From Bacillota bacterium (lineage in GTDB: Bacteria > Patescibacteriota > Minisyncoccia > Phycocordibacterales > Phycocordibacteraceae), in NCBI GenBank assembly GCA_050260455.1, contig JBLNCF010000004.1, positions 15,917-79,916 on the forward strand: a DNA stretch of 64,000 nucleotides. The letters are read 5' to 3'. Below, piece by piece: positions 39,341 to 48,286 of the stretch (positions are counted from its first letter, which is position 1; every line of letters begins with the position of its first letter). A program made the translations under genes and the position numbers. The notes beneath the pieces are model-generated. The model was given only the letters and a program-made list of their open reading frames with translations. It was not told the origin of the DNA and made no database searches.

Positions 39341-39931
39341 ATGTATGTGGTCGGAGTCGATGAAGCAGGGAGAGGGCCGTTGGCGGGGCCGGTCGCGGTA
39401 GGAGTTATCCGCGTAGCGGACGGATTCGACTTTGAAGCGGCATTTCCGGGACTGAACGATTCCAAGAAGCTTACGGAAAAGAGGCGAGAGGAACTCTTTG
39501 TGAGGCTGCAGGAGGAAATTGCTTTGGGTACCGTGAGTGCGGTGGTGCATCTCTCGAGCGCTGCGAAGATAGATGCGTACGGTATCGTTCCTGCGGTTCG
39601 CGGAGCACTCTATAAAGGAGTGCGGAAGCTTCTTCCGGAACCGTCAGAAGGAAAGGTGTTTCTCGACGGTTCACTCTATGCCCCCCAAGAGTACGCACAA
39701 GAGACGGTCATCGGTGGCGATGGAAAAGTTCCAGCCATTATGCTCGCTTCTATCGCAGCGAAAGTGACACGCGATCGCTACATGAAGAAGCTTGCTCCGA
39801 AGTACCCGCAGTATCGATTTGAAGTACATAAAGGGTACGGCACCAAGCTTCACTACGAGCTTTTGCGTGAGCACGGACCGTGCGAGATTCATCGCACCAC
39901 GTTTCTGCATCTGGTTCCCGAGTCGGTATAG
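39341..39931 (+). CDS. rnhB: Ribonuclease HII
   Basis: GVDEAGRGPLAGPV, DSKKL, ASIAAKVTRD, HKGYGT. Confidence 0.96.
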   Translation: MYVVGVDEAGRGPLAGPVAVGVIRVADGFDFEAAFPGLNDSKKLTEKRREELFVRLQEEIALGTVSAVVHLSSAAKIDAYGIVPAVRGALYKGVRKLLPEPSEGKVFLDGSLYAPQEYAQETVIGGDGKVPAIMLASIAAKVTRDRYMKKLAPKYPQYRFEVHKGYGTKLHYELLREHGPCEIHRTTFLHLVPESV

Positions 39932-39934
39932 AAA

Positions 39935-40325
39935 TGAATTGAGGGCCACGCTATACGCGCAGCCCTCTTGGTTCATCGCGTCCGAGCGGTGCTCAAGGAC
40001 GCGTCGCGATGTTGTTCGCGAGAGTCCGAAGACTCAAAGAAGTTCGGGTTACTTGTACCCAGGTCGGCGTCGTCGTTTACTTTTCCGCTTCTGGGGTAAG
40101 TCCGAATATTTGAAGGGAGCTCCTTCCGTGCTGAAGATGGAAAGATCGGTGCGGTTTTGGCACCCATTCGCTGTGGTTCTCATCGCATTCCTTACTGTGA
40201 CTGAAGCGACGTGTACGAGCCCGAGGGCCCAGCGAAGCCGCCGCGACAAGGATTCATGGCCCTGGCGACGGCTCTATTCATGTTCCCGCATGGTGGCGTT
40301 TCTGCAAGGGAGGAGGGTGCACAGG
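39935..40325 (-). ncRNA. Putative ~390-nt multi-hairpin non-coding RNA of unknown family
   Basis: More than 10 adjacent stems; cUUCGg tetraloop; G-U wobbles that pair only on the minus strand; no credible ORF. Confidence 0.55.
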
Positions 40326-40376
40326 AAAGCGGCGGATATAGACCGGAAACAAGGCTTGTGGTAAGGTACTCCCACT

Positions 40377-40733
40377 ATGTCAGTACGAATGCGCCATACC
40401 AGTTCGCATACTAAAAACCGCCGCAGCCATCATGCGCTCACCGGGACGAACGTCGTGACCGATAAGGAGTCGGGCGCGCTTCGCCTCCCGCACCGTCTTG
40501 ATGAGACGACCGGCATGTATCGCGGCAAGCAGATCGTGACCAAGAAGGAGGTCAAGAAGGCCGAGAAGAAGGAGAAGGCCAAGAAGGCACATGATCACGA
40601 GCATGCTGCTAACACCAACCCTGCTCCCGAGAAGCACATCGCGACCGAGGAGCGCGAAAAGAAGTCGGGACTCATGGGACGCATGAATCTCGGTAAGGCT
40701 AAGAGCCGCTCCGGATTCGGAGGCGGTGCGTAA
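40377..40733 (+). CDS. rpmF: 50S ribosomal protein bL32 (Zn-free) with a C-terminal extension
   Basis: RRSHHAL, RLPHR....GMYRGKQI; Lys/His-rich tail of about 60 aa. Confidence 0.9.
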   Translation: MSVRMRHTSSHTKNRRSHHALTGTNVVTDKESGALRLPHRLDETTGMYRGKQIVTKKEVKKAEKKEKAKKAHDHEHAANTNPAPEKHIATEEREKKSGLMGRMNLGKAKSRSGFGGGA

Positions 40734-40856
40734 GAAAGAAGGACCCGCTTGGGTCCTTTTTCTTTTAGCTACATGGGATATTCACATCACGCGCTTTACG
40801 CTTCGTGTGTATTTCTTGTCACGTAGGGTATCCTTACCTATACAGCTCTTTCATTT

Positions 40857-41753
40857 ATGGCCAACCGGCATCTAGCACGTTCCGTAGTCCTGCAGACACT
40901 TTTCGAGTGGGACACCACTCACGCAGATGATGCGGCAGCAACCGACATGTTGTTGCGCAACGTCGAGGAGTTTGGAGGAGATGATACCGACCGGCCATTC
41001 ATGGAAGCTCTCCTCGCCGGCGTACTCGCCAAGCACAACGATCTCGATCTCATTATCGAGAAAGCAGCACCTGACTGGCCTATTGATAAGATCGCACCCG
41101 TGGACCGCAACATCCTACGTATCGGTCTCTACGAACTCTTGTTCGCTGACCGTGCACAGGTTCCCGCAAAGGTGGCTATTAACGAAGCCATCGAGCTCGC
41201 CAAAGTATTTGGTGGCGATTCTTCCGGTCGTTTCGTGAACGGCGTTCTGGGTGCCGTCTACAAGGAACTCGGTGAGCCGGGCAAGGACGAAGTAGGAAAG
41301 AAGGAACGTGTGCGCCGTGAGGACCTTCCCCTCGAAAAGCTCGGGGGAGCTATCGTGTATGCGCACCACGAGGGCCAGATCTATCTCGCCCTTGTGCATG
41401 ACATATTCGGCAGGTGGACTCTTTCTAAGGGTCACATCGAGAATGATCCTTCTCCCGCAGAAGGCGTGGTTCGTGTCGTAGGCGAGGAACTGGGTCTTAT
41501 GGAGGTGAAAGTGGAGGAGCAGGTGGGTGAGAACGAATATGTGGCCTCACACCCCGAGAAGGGAAAGATCAGAAAGCACGTGTATTTCTTCCTCGTGTCC
41601 TCGCCGTTCGAGCAGCTCACGCTCAAAAAGAGTGGTGGCCTTGATGATGCTAAATGGTTCCGTCTCCCCGACATTCTCGACCTCAATTTCTATGACGACA
41701 TGCTGCCCATCGTGACGGCGGCCGTCCAGAAGCTCCTTGGTCGGTCGAAATAG
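40857..41753 (+). CDS. nusB: Transcription antitermination factor NusB fused to a Nudix-like domain
   Basis: RHLAR, DRNILR, VAINEAIELAK, FVNGVLG; C-terminal WTLSKGH...EELG. Confidence 0.92.
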   Translation: MANRHLARSVVLQTLFEWDTTHADDAAATDMLLRNVEEFGGDDTDRPFMEALLAGVLAKHNDLDLIIEKAAPDWPIDKIAPVDRNILRIGLYELLFADRAQVPAKVAINEAIELAKVFGGDSSGRFVNGVLGAVYKELGEPGKDEVGKKERVRREDLPLEKLGGAIVYAHHEGQIYLALVHDIFGRWTLSKGHIENDPSPAEGVVRVVGEELGLMEVKVEEQVGENEYVASHPEKGKIRKHVYFFLVSSPFEQLTLKKSGGLDDAKWFRLPDILDLNFYDDMLPIVTAAVQKLLGRSK

Positions 41754-41785
41754 CATTTTCCACAAAGTGCGCTAGGCTACGCACC

Positions 41786-42472
41786 ATGACTGACATGCAT
41801 GCGAATGCGGAGCGCCTTGGCGTCTCCTTCCGGAACCTCGATCTTCTGACCGAGGCGCTGACGCATCGTTCATATTTGAACGAACACAAGACGGTGGGGA
41901 ACCACAATGAACGTCTCGAATTCCTCGGTGATGCGGTACTGGAGCTCGCCACCACACACTTCCTCTTCAACCGTTTTCCGGAGAAGCCGGAAGGCGACCT
42001 TACGGCCTACCGTGCAGCGCTTGTGAACACCATCTCACTCGCCGAGAGCGCAAAGGTCATCGGCCTCAACGACATGCTTTTGCTCTCGCGAGGTGAAGCC
42101 AAGGATACGGGTCGTGCACGCGACATTATCCTTGCCAATGCGTTTGAAGCCGTCCTTGGTGCTATTTATCTCGATCAAGGGTATGCCGCTGCGGAAGAAT
42201 TCGTTGCCCGCACGCTCTACCCGAAGATTGACGCCATTATTGAAAACCGCGCATACCAGGATGCGAAGTCACGTTTCCAAGAAGCCGCACAGGAAAAGAA
42301 GAGTATTACCCCTTCGTACAAAACCTTAAGCGAGGAAGGACCTGATCACGACAAACGCTTTACCGTGGGTGTGTATTTGCACAGTGAGGAGATTGCGCGT
42401 GGCGTAGGGAAGTCCAAGCAGGAAGCCGAGCAGGCTGCCGCGCACGAAGCACTCCAGAAAAACGGCTGGTAG
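41786..42472 (+). CDS. rnc: Ribonuclease III
   Basis: NERLEFLGDAVL; dsRBD (GPDHDKRF, SKQEAEQAAA). Confidence 0.97.
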   Translation: MTDMHANAERLGVSFRNLDLLTEALTHRSYLNEHKTVGNHNERLEFLGDAVLELATTHFLFNRFPEKPEGDLTAYRAALVNTISLAESAKVIGLNDMLLLSRGEAKDTGRARDIILANAFEAVLGAIYLDQGYAAAEEFVARTLYPKIDAIIENRAYQDAKSRFQEAAQEKKSITPSYKTLSEEGPDHDKRFTVGVYLHSEEIARGVGKSKQEAEQAAAHEALQKNGW

Positions 42473-42512
42473 GCGAAAAGGCCGCAGCGAGGCCGCGACC
42501 TTTCGGTGGAGA

Positions 42513-43127
42513 TCAGCGTTGCCGCGAATCTACCACATCCCATACAAGCTCACCTTTATCGTTTTCGCGACGTTCGATCTTGAGCGTCGTTCCCGAGGTG
42601 GCGAGTTGTGGCCGCGTCTCCTGAATGATCTTTGCGGTCGTGAGCTTTTTTGCCTTCTCCTCGTTGGCTTCATCGCGGAGTGCACTGCGGTTCGGTTCCT
42701 GTTTCTCACGGATGAACTCGCTTGCCAGGTCCAAACGCCGGACTTCTTCGAAGAATTTGTCCTCGTCAGGAATATCCGTGTACCGCACGTTTTGCCATAC
42801 GAAGGTGCCGTCGGGGAATCCCACTGATTTGCGTTTTGCGCGGTTCGTGAGATCGAAACGATGTTCCTCAATGTACTCATATGCATGTGGCATGATGCGA
42901 CGGATGAGATCGACGCGGTCGTCTCGTTCTTTCGTCGTCGCGCTTTTGAGGTCGTCTATCTTCTGCTGCCAGTAGGCGATGCGTGCATCGCGTCTGGCTT
43001 CAATGCGTTGGATGTGCCGCAGAGCAGTGATTGCTCGAGAAACAAGCGTATGCAGTTCTCGAATGTTCTTAGGGGTGCGTATTGGCCGGGTCCGTTGGGA
43101 TCCGGTCGATGATTCAGTCGCGGTCAT
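42513..43127 (-). CDS. Mu Gam-like host-nuclease inhibitor / DNA end-binding protein
   Basis: N-terminal coiled coil; KRKSVGFPDGTFVW and FIREKQEPNRSAL resemble Gam K-S/T..F..G...W and FIR.KEE..K..L motifs; SD AAGGAG. Confidence 0.65.
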   Translation of the reverse strand: MTATESSTGSQRTRPIRTPKNIRELHTLVSRAITALRHIQRIEARRDARIAYWQQKIDDLKSATTKERDDRVDLIRRIMPHAYEYIEEHRFDLTNRAKRKSVGFPDGTFVWQNVRYTDIPDEDKFFEEVRRLDLASEFIREKQEPNRSALRDEANEEKAKKLTTAKIIQETRPQLATSGTTLKIERRENDKGELVWDVVDSRQR

Positions 43128-43219
43128 CGCGAATCTCCTTCATGGTTCGAGTCCGGTATCAGGGTGCCCGAGCGTAGATTAAGCCTGGCTGAAGGTTTTC
43201 GTACGGTATAATTTCCACC

Positions 43220-45436
43220 ATGCTTAAACGGCTGGAGATAGTCGGTTTCAAATCATTCGCCCGTAAGACGGTGCTCGATTTCTCGAGCGCAACGACGGCC
43301 ATCGTTGGCCCCAACGGATCAGGCAAATCAAACGTTGCCGAAGCGTTCCGATTTGCACTCGGCGAACAGTCCATGAAGTCCATGCGTGGAAAGCGCAGCG
43401 AGGACCTTATCTGGTCGGGCTCGCACGCGACGCCGCGCAGTAATCGTGCTTCGGTCGCCATTGTCTTCGATAACAAAAGACGCATCTTTCCACGGCTCGA
43501 TTTTGATGAGGTAACCATCGAGCGTTCCGTCTTCCGCGATGGATCTTCCGAGTACGGAATCAACGGTTCGAAGGTTCGTCTGCGGGACGTGCATGAGCTT
43601 CTTGCTTCTGCGAACATCGGCGAGACCGGACACCACATCATTTCGCAGGGAGAAGCCGACCGTATCTTGCTCGCGCATCCGCGCGAGCGTCGTGCGATGC
43701 TCGAGGACGCACTCGGCTTGAAAGTATTCGAATTCAAGAAGCAGGAGGCCGAGCGTAAGCTTGAGCGCACCCAAGAGAACGTGCGCGAGGTTGAGGCGCT
43801 TCGTCGTGAGATCGCGCCGCATATTCGGTTCCTTCAGAAACAAGTGGAGAAGCTTGAGCGTGCCGAAGAACTTATGCGGGAACTCGCAGCGCTCGCTCGT
43901 ACCTACTTTGCGGTAGAAGACCGGTACATTGCTACCGAGCGCGAGGCAGCCAGCACGCGTAAACAGGGAGCGGCAGAACGGCTTGCCACCGTCGCAAGCG
44001 AACTCGCAGCGTTCGATGAGCGCGCTACTACCGATGCCGAAGGCATGAAGCGTGCAGAGTCCATACGTCAGGCCGAACGAGAAGTGGACCGTCTGTCGGG
44101 AGAACGAAGCTCGCTCGCACGTGACATCGGTCGCGTCGAAGGGAGTCTTCAGGAAGCCAAGAAACGGAGTGCTGCAGTGGCGCGGGAGCCGTATGTGAAG
44201 GTCACTCGCGAAGACCTCTCGCTCTTGCGGGAGGAGGTCGAGAAGCAGGCATCCGTAGGGGAGAACGCAGACCCGAATGTTATTCGTGCGGCGCTCTCTT
44301 CGCTCCGTACCGCTGTAGCCGCCTTTTTCGATCGATACGCAGCACCGAACGATGACTACTTGGCAGAGGAAGAGAATACGGTATACGAACTCGAGAATGA
44401 ACGGGCTAAGCTCCTTGCGCGCGATACAGAGCTAGAAGGTGCTATCGAGAAGGCGCGCAGTGCGCTCATGAAGGCACGCGAGGACGCCCTTGCGTACGAA
44501 GAGACGGGAAGGGAAGAGAAGCGCCGTATTCTTGGTCTCGCCGAGACCAAGGCTCGTGAAGAGGGTGCGGTGGCACGCGAGGACGCACGTCTACGGGAAC
44601 TCCAGATGCTTTCTGACGAGCTTGAACGCGATCGGCGCGAAGTGCTCGCGCTTGCCGGTCCTTCGGCGTTCTCGCACACGGAAGCGGAACTCCCGCAGGA
44701 AGATCGGCATGCACAGGAAGAGCGCAAGCGTCAGCTTGAACGCTTAAAGATTCGCGTTGAAGAGGCAGGAGGTACGGGCGAGGATGTGCGGAAGGAATAC
44801 CAGGAAGCGACCGACCGGGAACAGTTCCTCATGCACGAGCTCGAGGACCTCGCCAAATCTGCTGCAGGTCTTGCTGCACTTATCCAGGATCTCGATCAGG
44901 AGCTCACCACGACGTTTGCTGATGGTCTCGCAAAGGTGAACCATTCGTTTACCGAATACTTCAGTATCATGTTCGGCGGCGGCGGCGCGAAGCTCGTGCT
45001 TGAAGAGCTCGATGCACAGGATGAAGAAGACGAAGAATCCTACGAGGAAGAAGAGGGAACTAAAAAGAAAAAGCAGGGTAAGCCAGGCATTGAAATCTCT
45101 GTGAGCCTGCCGAAGAAACGTGTGCAATCCTTGATGCAGCTTTCGGGAGGCGAGCGAGCGCTCACCTCCATCGCGCTTATCTTCGCTATGAGTCAGGTGA
45201 ACCCGCCCCCGTTCCTTATTCTTGACGAGACCGATGCGGCGCTCGACGAAGCGAACTCTCGCCGCTACGGTGACATGATTGAGGAGCTTGCCAAACGTTC
45301 CCAGCTCATCGTCATCACCCACAACCGCGAGACCATGAGCCGCGCCGGCATCCTCTATGGCGTCACGATGGGTGCGGATGGCGTCTCCAAACTTCTTTCG
45401 GTGAAGTTTGAAGAAGCGGCTTCAGTTGCGAAATAG
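43220..45436 (+). CDS. smc: SMC-family ATPase, short form (738 aa) with no recognisable hinge
   Basis: GFKSF, GPNGSGKSN Walker A, Q-loop ISQG, LSGGE signature, ILDETDAALD; near rnc. Confidence 0.88.
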   Translation: MLKRLEIVGFKSFARKTVLDFSSATTAIVGPNGSGKSNVAEAFRFALGEQSMKSMRGKRSEDLIWSGSHATPRSNRASVAIVFDNKRRIFPRLDFDEVTIERSVFRDGSSEYGINGSKVRLRDVHELLASANIGETGHHIISQGEADRILLAHPRERRAMLEDALGLKVFEFKKQEAERKLERTQENVREVEALRREIAPHIRFLQKQVEKLERAEELMRELAALARTYFAVEDRYIATEREAASTRKQGAAERLATVASELAAFDERATTDAEGMKRAESIRQAEREVDRLSGERSSLARDIGRVEGSLQEAKKRSAAVAREPYVKVTREDLSLLREEVEKQASVGENADPNVIRAALSSLRTAVAAFFDRYAAPNDDYLAEEENTVYELENERAKLLARDTELEGAIEKARSALMKAREDALAYEETGREEKRRILGLAETKAREEGAVAREDARLRELQMLSDELERDRREVLALAGPSAFSHTEAELPQEDRHAQEERKRQLERLKIRVEEAGGTGEDVRKEYQEATDREQFLMHELEDLAKSAAGLAALIQDLDQELTTTFADGLAKVNHSFTEYFSIMFGGGGAKLVLEELDAQDEEDEESYEEEEGTKKKKQGKPGIEISVSLPKKRVQSLMQLSGGERALTSIALIFAMSQVNPPPFLILDETDAALDEANSRRYGDMIEELAKRSQLIVITHNRETMSRAGILYGVTMGADGVSKLLSVKFEEAASVAK

Positions 45437-45496
45437 CAACCTATTGTCTCGCTGACAGGTTTCCGGTATACAGAGTCGAGTCAGGAGGAGGCACGC

Positions 45497-45736
45497 ATGT
45501 CGGAGAAAGCTCCCGAGCAAGCGAACGGACCGAACGTCGAGGCCATGAGCCCAGAAGAGGAAGAGGCGTTCGTTGAGCTCGAACGGCTGCGCGCGATACG
45601 TGAACGTGGACAGGACTCCGCCGAGCCCCACCATGTACCTCTCACCGGGGAGCCACCACCATTGGCTCCCATTGAGTACCCGTTCGGAGAAGATTCGACG
45701 CGCAAGACCATTAAGAGTTCCGATTACTCTTTTTGA
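45497..45736 (+). CDS. Small acidic orphan protein
   Basis: SD AGGAGGAGG; 79-aa ORF fills the intergenic gap. Confidence 0.55.
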   Translation: MSEKAPEQANGPNVEAMSPEEEEAFVELERLRAIRERGQDSAEPHHVPLTGEPPPLAPIEYPFGEDSTRKTIKSSDYSF

Positions 45737-45848
45737 TGGAGCGCGTCCAATCGTTTCCACCCGCAGTCGAGAGGCTGCGGGTGGTTTTGTTTCTATAAAG
45801 GTTATCTGCCACTTAAGTAGTTGAAGACCCTACGAATCCGGAGGGTCT

Positions 45849-46079
45849 TCATTCGGCAGCCACGCGATAGAGCGGGCAGCACGGAGCTTGGTGCAGATAG
45901 TGGTTCTCGAGCCGCGAGCCGTATTTCGGATGAGTGATCACGTACACCTGAAGGCGATACTCTTCGCCGGTATGAATAGGGTGTTCACAGTGAGAGCATA
46001 TTTTCTTTCCTCTGTGAGCGGTGTGGGTGCGCGACCAGGATGCGATGAACCTGGTCGTGGTATTCGATCCAATGAACAT
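45849..46079 (-). CDS. Small putative Zn-binding orphan protein
   Basis: SD AGGAGG; CSHC...PI..GE.Y...H...CC. Confidence 0.6.
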   Translation of the reverse strand: MFIGSNTTTRFIASWSRTHTAHRGKKICSHCEHPIHTGEEYRLQVYVITHPKYGSRLENHYLHQAPCCPLYRVAAE

Positions 46080-46182
46080 CGGCTATCCTCCTGGAGGGAG
46101 TATACCCCGGTCACGATTTATCCCCATGGACGCTTCAGATGAGGGGCGTAGACTACGGGTCTATACCCCTAACCACGCGCAC

Positions 46183-47400
46183 ATGGCCGCATTCCAGTAC
46201 TTCAAGCAACATGTAGATAAAGCCGCGAATCTTCTCGGGCTTTCGGAGGAGGAGCGCGCAAGACTTGAGACACCAGACCGCGTCCTCAAGGCGAATCTCT
46301 CGGTAAGACTTGACGACGGTTCGACGGCGACGTTCCCGGCATATCGCGTCCAGTTCAACAAGGCGCGCGGTCCATACAAGGGTGGCATCCGTTTCCATCC
46401 GGAAGCGGATGAGGATGAGGTGTCTGCGCTTGCGGCGATGATGGCTATTAAGTGCGCGGTAGTCGACATTCCGTTTGGTGGCGCGAAGGGTGGTGTGTCA
46501 TTTGATCCGAAGAAACACTCGTTGAATGAAATCCATGAAGTAGCACGCGCCTATGTACGCACGTTCGCAGAACATTTAGGTCCAGACCAGGATGTGCCGG
46601 CGCCGGACGTGTATACCAACGCCGACATCATGGCCGTCATGCTCGACGAGTACGAGAAGATAACAGGGAAGTCATCGCCTGCGTTCATTACCGGTAAGCC
46701 ACTCGACAAGGGAGGTAGTCAGGGACGCGACACTGCGACCGCTGATGGTGCGATATTCGTTCTGGAATCGCTTTTGTCAGATCAGCATCGCGGAGCCGAA
46801 GGTCTTACCGCTGCGGTGCAGGGTGCAGGGAATGCGGGGGCGCAAGCAACACACCTGCTCTCTGGACTTGGCATGAGGATCGTCGCGCTCGCCGACTCGC
46901 GCGGCACGCTCGTGAATGCACGCGGACTTGATGTTGGTCGCATCCTTAGGGAAAAGGAAGAAGGCATCCACATTGTCGACTCCGATGCAGAAGGCGAGAA
47001 GAAGAACGCACCGGATGTAATCACCGAACCGTGCGATATTCTCGTACCGGCTGCGCTTGAAGAGCAGATCACGAGTGAGAATGTGCATGCCGTGAAAGCC
47101 GACATCGTGCTTGAGATAGCCAACGGCCCAACGACTCCCGATGCGGATGATGTGCTCGCCGAGGCGGGTGTTGCGGTGGTACCAGATGTCCTTGCGAATG
47201 CTGGTGGCGTAACGGTGTCGTATTTCGAGTGGCTCCAGAACAAGAGCGGGGAATCCTGGTCGCATGATGAGGTGCGCGATCGGCTCAAGGAGACTATGCG
47301 AGATGCGTATCGTGACGTTGCGGATTTCGCGCTCGATCGGAACGTCACCCTGCGCGAAGCCGCGTACGCACTCGCTGTCCAGCGCATCCTGGAGGCATAA
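46183..47400 (+). CDS. gdhA: Glu/Leu/Phe/Val dehydrogenase (probable glutamate dehydrogenase)
   Basis: GPYKGGIRFHP, GGAKGG, DVPAPD, GAGNAG, EIANGP, PDVLANAGGVTVSYFEW. Confidence 0.93.
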   Translation: MAAFQYFKQHVDKAANLLGLSEEERARLETPDRVLKANLSVRLDDGSTATFPAYRVQFNKARGPYKGGIRFHPEADEDEVSALAAMMAIKCAVVDIPFGGAKGGVSFDPKKHSLNEIHEVARAYVRTFAEHLGPDQDVPAPDVYTNADIMAVMLDEYEKITGKSSPAFITGKPLDKGGSQGRDTATADGAIFVLESLLSDQHRGAEGLTAAVQGAGNAGAQATHLLSGLGMRIVALADSRGTLVNARGLDVGRILREKEEGIHIVDSDAEGEKKNAPDVITEPCDILVPAALEEQITSENVHAVKADIVLEIANGPTTPDADDVLAEAGVAVVPDVLANAGGVTVSYFEWLQNKSGESWSHDEVRDRLKETMRDAYRDVADFALDRNVTLREAAYALAVQRILEA

Positions 47401-47465
47401 CGAAAACGCCGCTGCAGTGAGCGGCGTTGCCGTAATCAAGTACGGTCGATCGACATATTGAACGA

Positions 47466-47936
47466 TCAGCTTCTGGTCCCTGTCTCTCCCTCATGGAAGG
47501 GGTTCGTCAGGAAAGACGTCCGGCTGGTCTTCAAGGTGCCACGTCTTCCAGGTCTGGCCATGGTGCAGTCCAATTCGATGGAGCCGTAGAAGAACGCATC
47601 CTTCCACGGACCTTCGGTGAGCTGGCCAGCATTTTGGGCCAGATCGTTCCGGAAACGGCCGAGCACAAACCAGTGGTTGCCGTTGGCCTCGTCATGGTGC
47701 ACTCCTTCAATTTCAGCGTGGGCGACACCGAGGCAACCTTCTGCCGTTGGGCGCTGGGATTCGTGAGGCCAGTCCGTTTCGGTGTAGATGGCGAGTTTAA
47801 CGAGGCGCTCTGAGTTCTTGAGGTGGCGGCGGAGGCGCAGAACCCGAAAGATGCGATCTTCGGTCATGCCGTCGCTGAACGAGAAGTGGTATGTCTGATC
47901 GTACGAAAGAGCTTTGGTCTGATTAGCTGACGGCAC
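47466..47936 (-). CDS. Orphan hypothetical protein
   Basis: SD AGGGAGAGG before a GTG start; upstream GTGACA-17-TAGAGT promoter-like sequence. Confidence 0.6.
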   Translation of the reverse strand: MPSANQTKALSYDQTYHFSFSDGMTEDRIFRVLRLRRHLKNSERLVKLAIYTETDWPHESQRPTAEGCLGVAHAEIEGVHHDEANGNHWFVLGRFRNDLAQNAGQLTEGPWKDAFFYGSIELDCTMARPGRRGTLKTSRTSFLTNPFHEGETGTRS

Positions 47937-48091
47937 TGGATCCTCTCCCTATCTAGCCCGCGAGATGATGCCCGGCCAAGCCGAGTATCGGCACTCTACG
48001 CCCCACATCTCCAAATGTCACGCGTTTGAGGGGCAGGAACGAAGAAGCCCCGCCGGAAGTGGCGGGGCTTCAGCAATCATGGATGGAGGCG

Positions 48092-48220
48092 TTAGCCGAA
48101 GAAGGCTTGGCGGGCACCGGCGATGAGGATGATGACCGTCCCCAGGGCCAGCGACCAGCAGGTGATCCGTGCGCTCCAGACATGATTGCTGTCACTGTCA
48201 TCAAATGGCTTGTGAGCCAT
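48092..48220 (-). CDS. Small single-TM peptide, 42 aa
   Basis: SD AGGAG; MAHKPFDDSDSNHVWSARITCWSLALGTVIILIAGARQAFFG; GAAGCCCCGCC hairpin downstream. Confidence 0.55.
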   Translation of the reverse strand: MAHKPFDDSDSNHVWSARITCWSLALGTVIILIAGARQAFFG

Positions 48221-48286
48221 GGCGAACTCCTGTCTGCTGCCTTTAGTGACCATACTGCACGCGGTGCGTGCTCGCAATCTTGGGGA

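Noticed and set aside
39973-40090. tmRNA tag-like reading (GTA AAC GAC GAC, VNDD) and a CCACCA within the 390-nt RNA
   Set aside because: No tRNA-like domain (no acceptor stem or T-arm) and no Ala-rich tag ending at a nearby stop
42513-48220. Prophage or genomic island
   Set aside because: The orphans are interleaved with smc and gdhA; no integrase, terminase, capsid gene or att repeats, and no duplicate of the tRNA-Thr 3' end was seen
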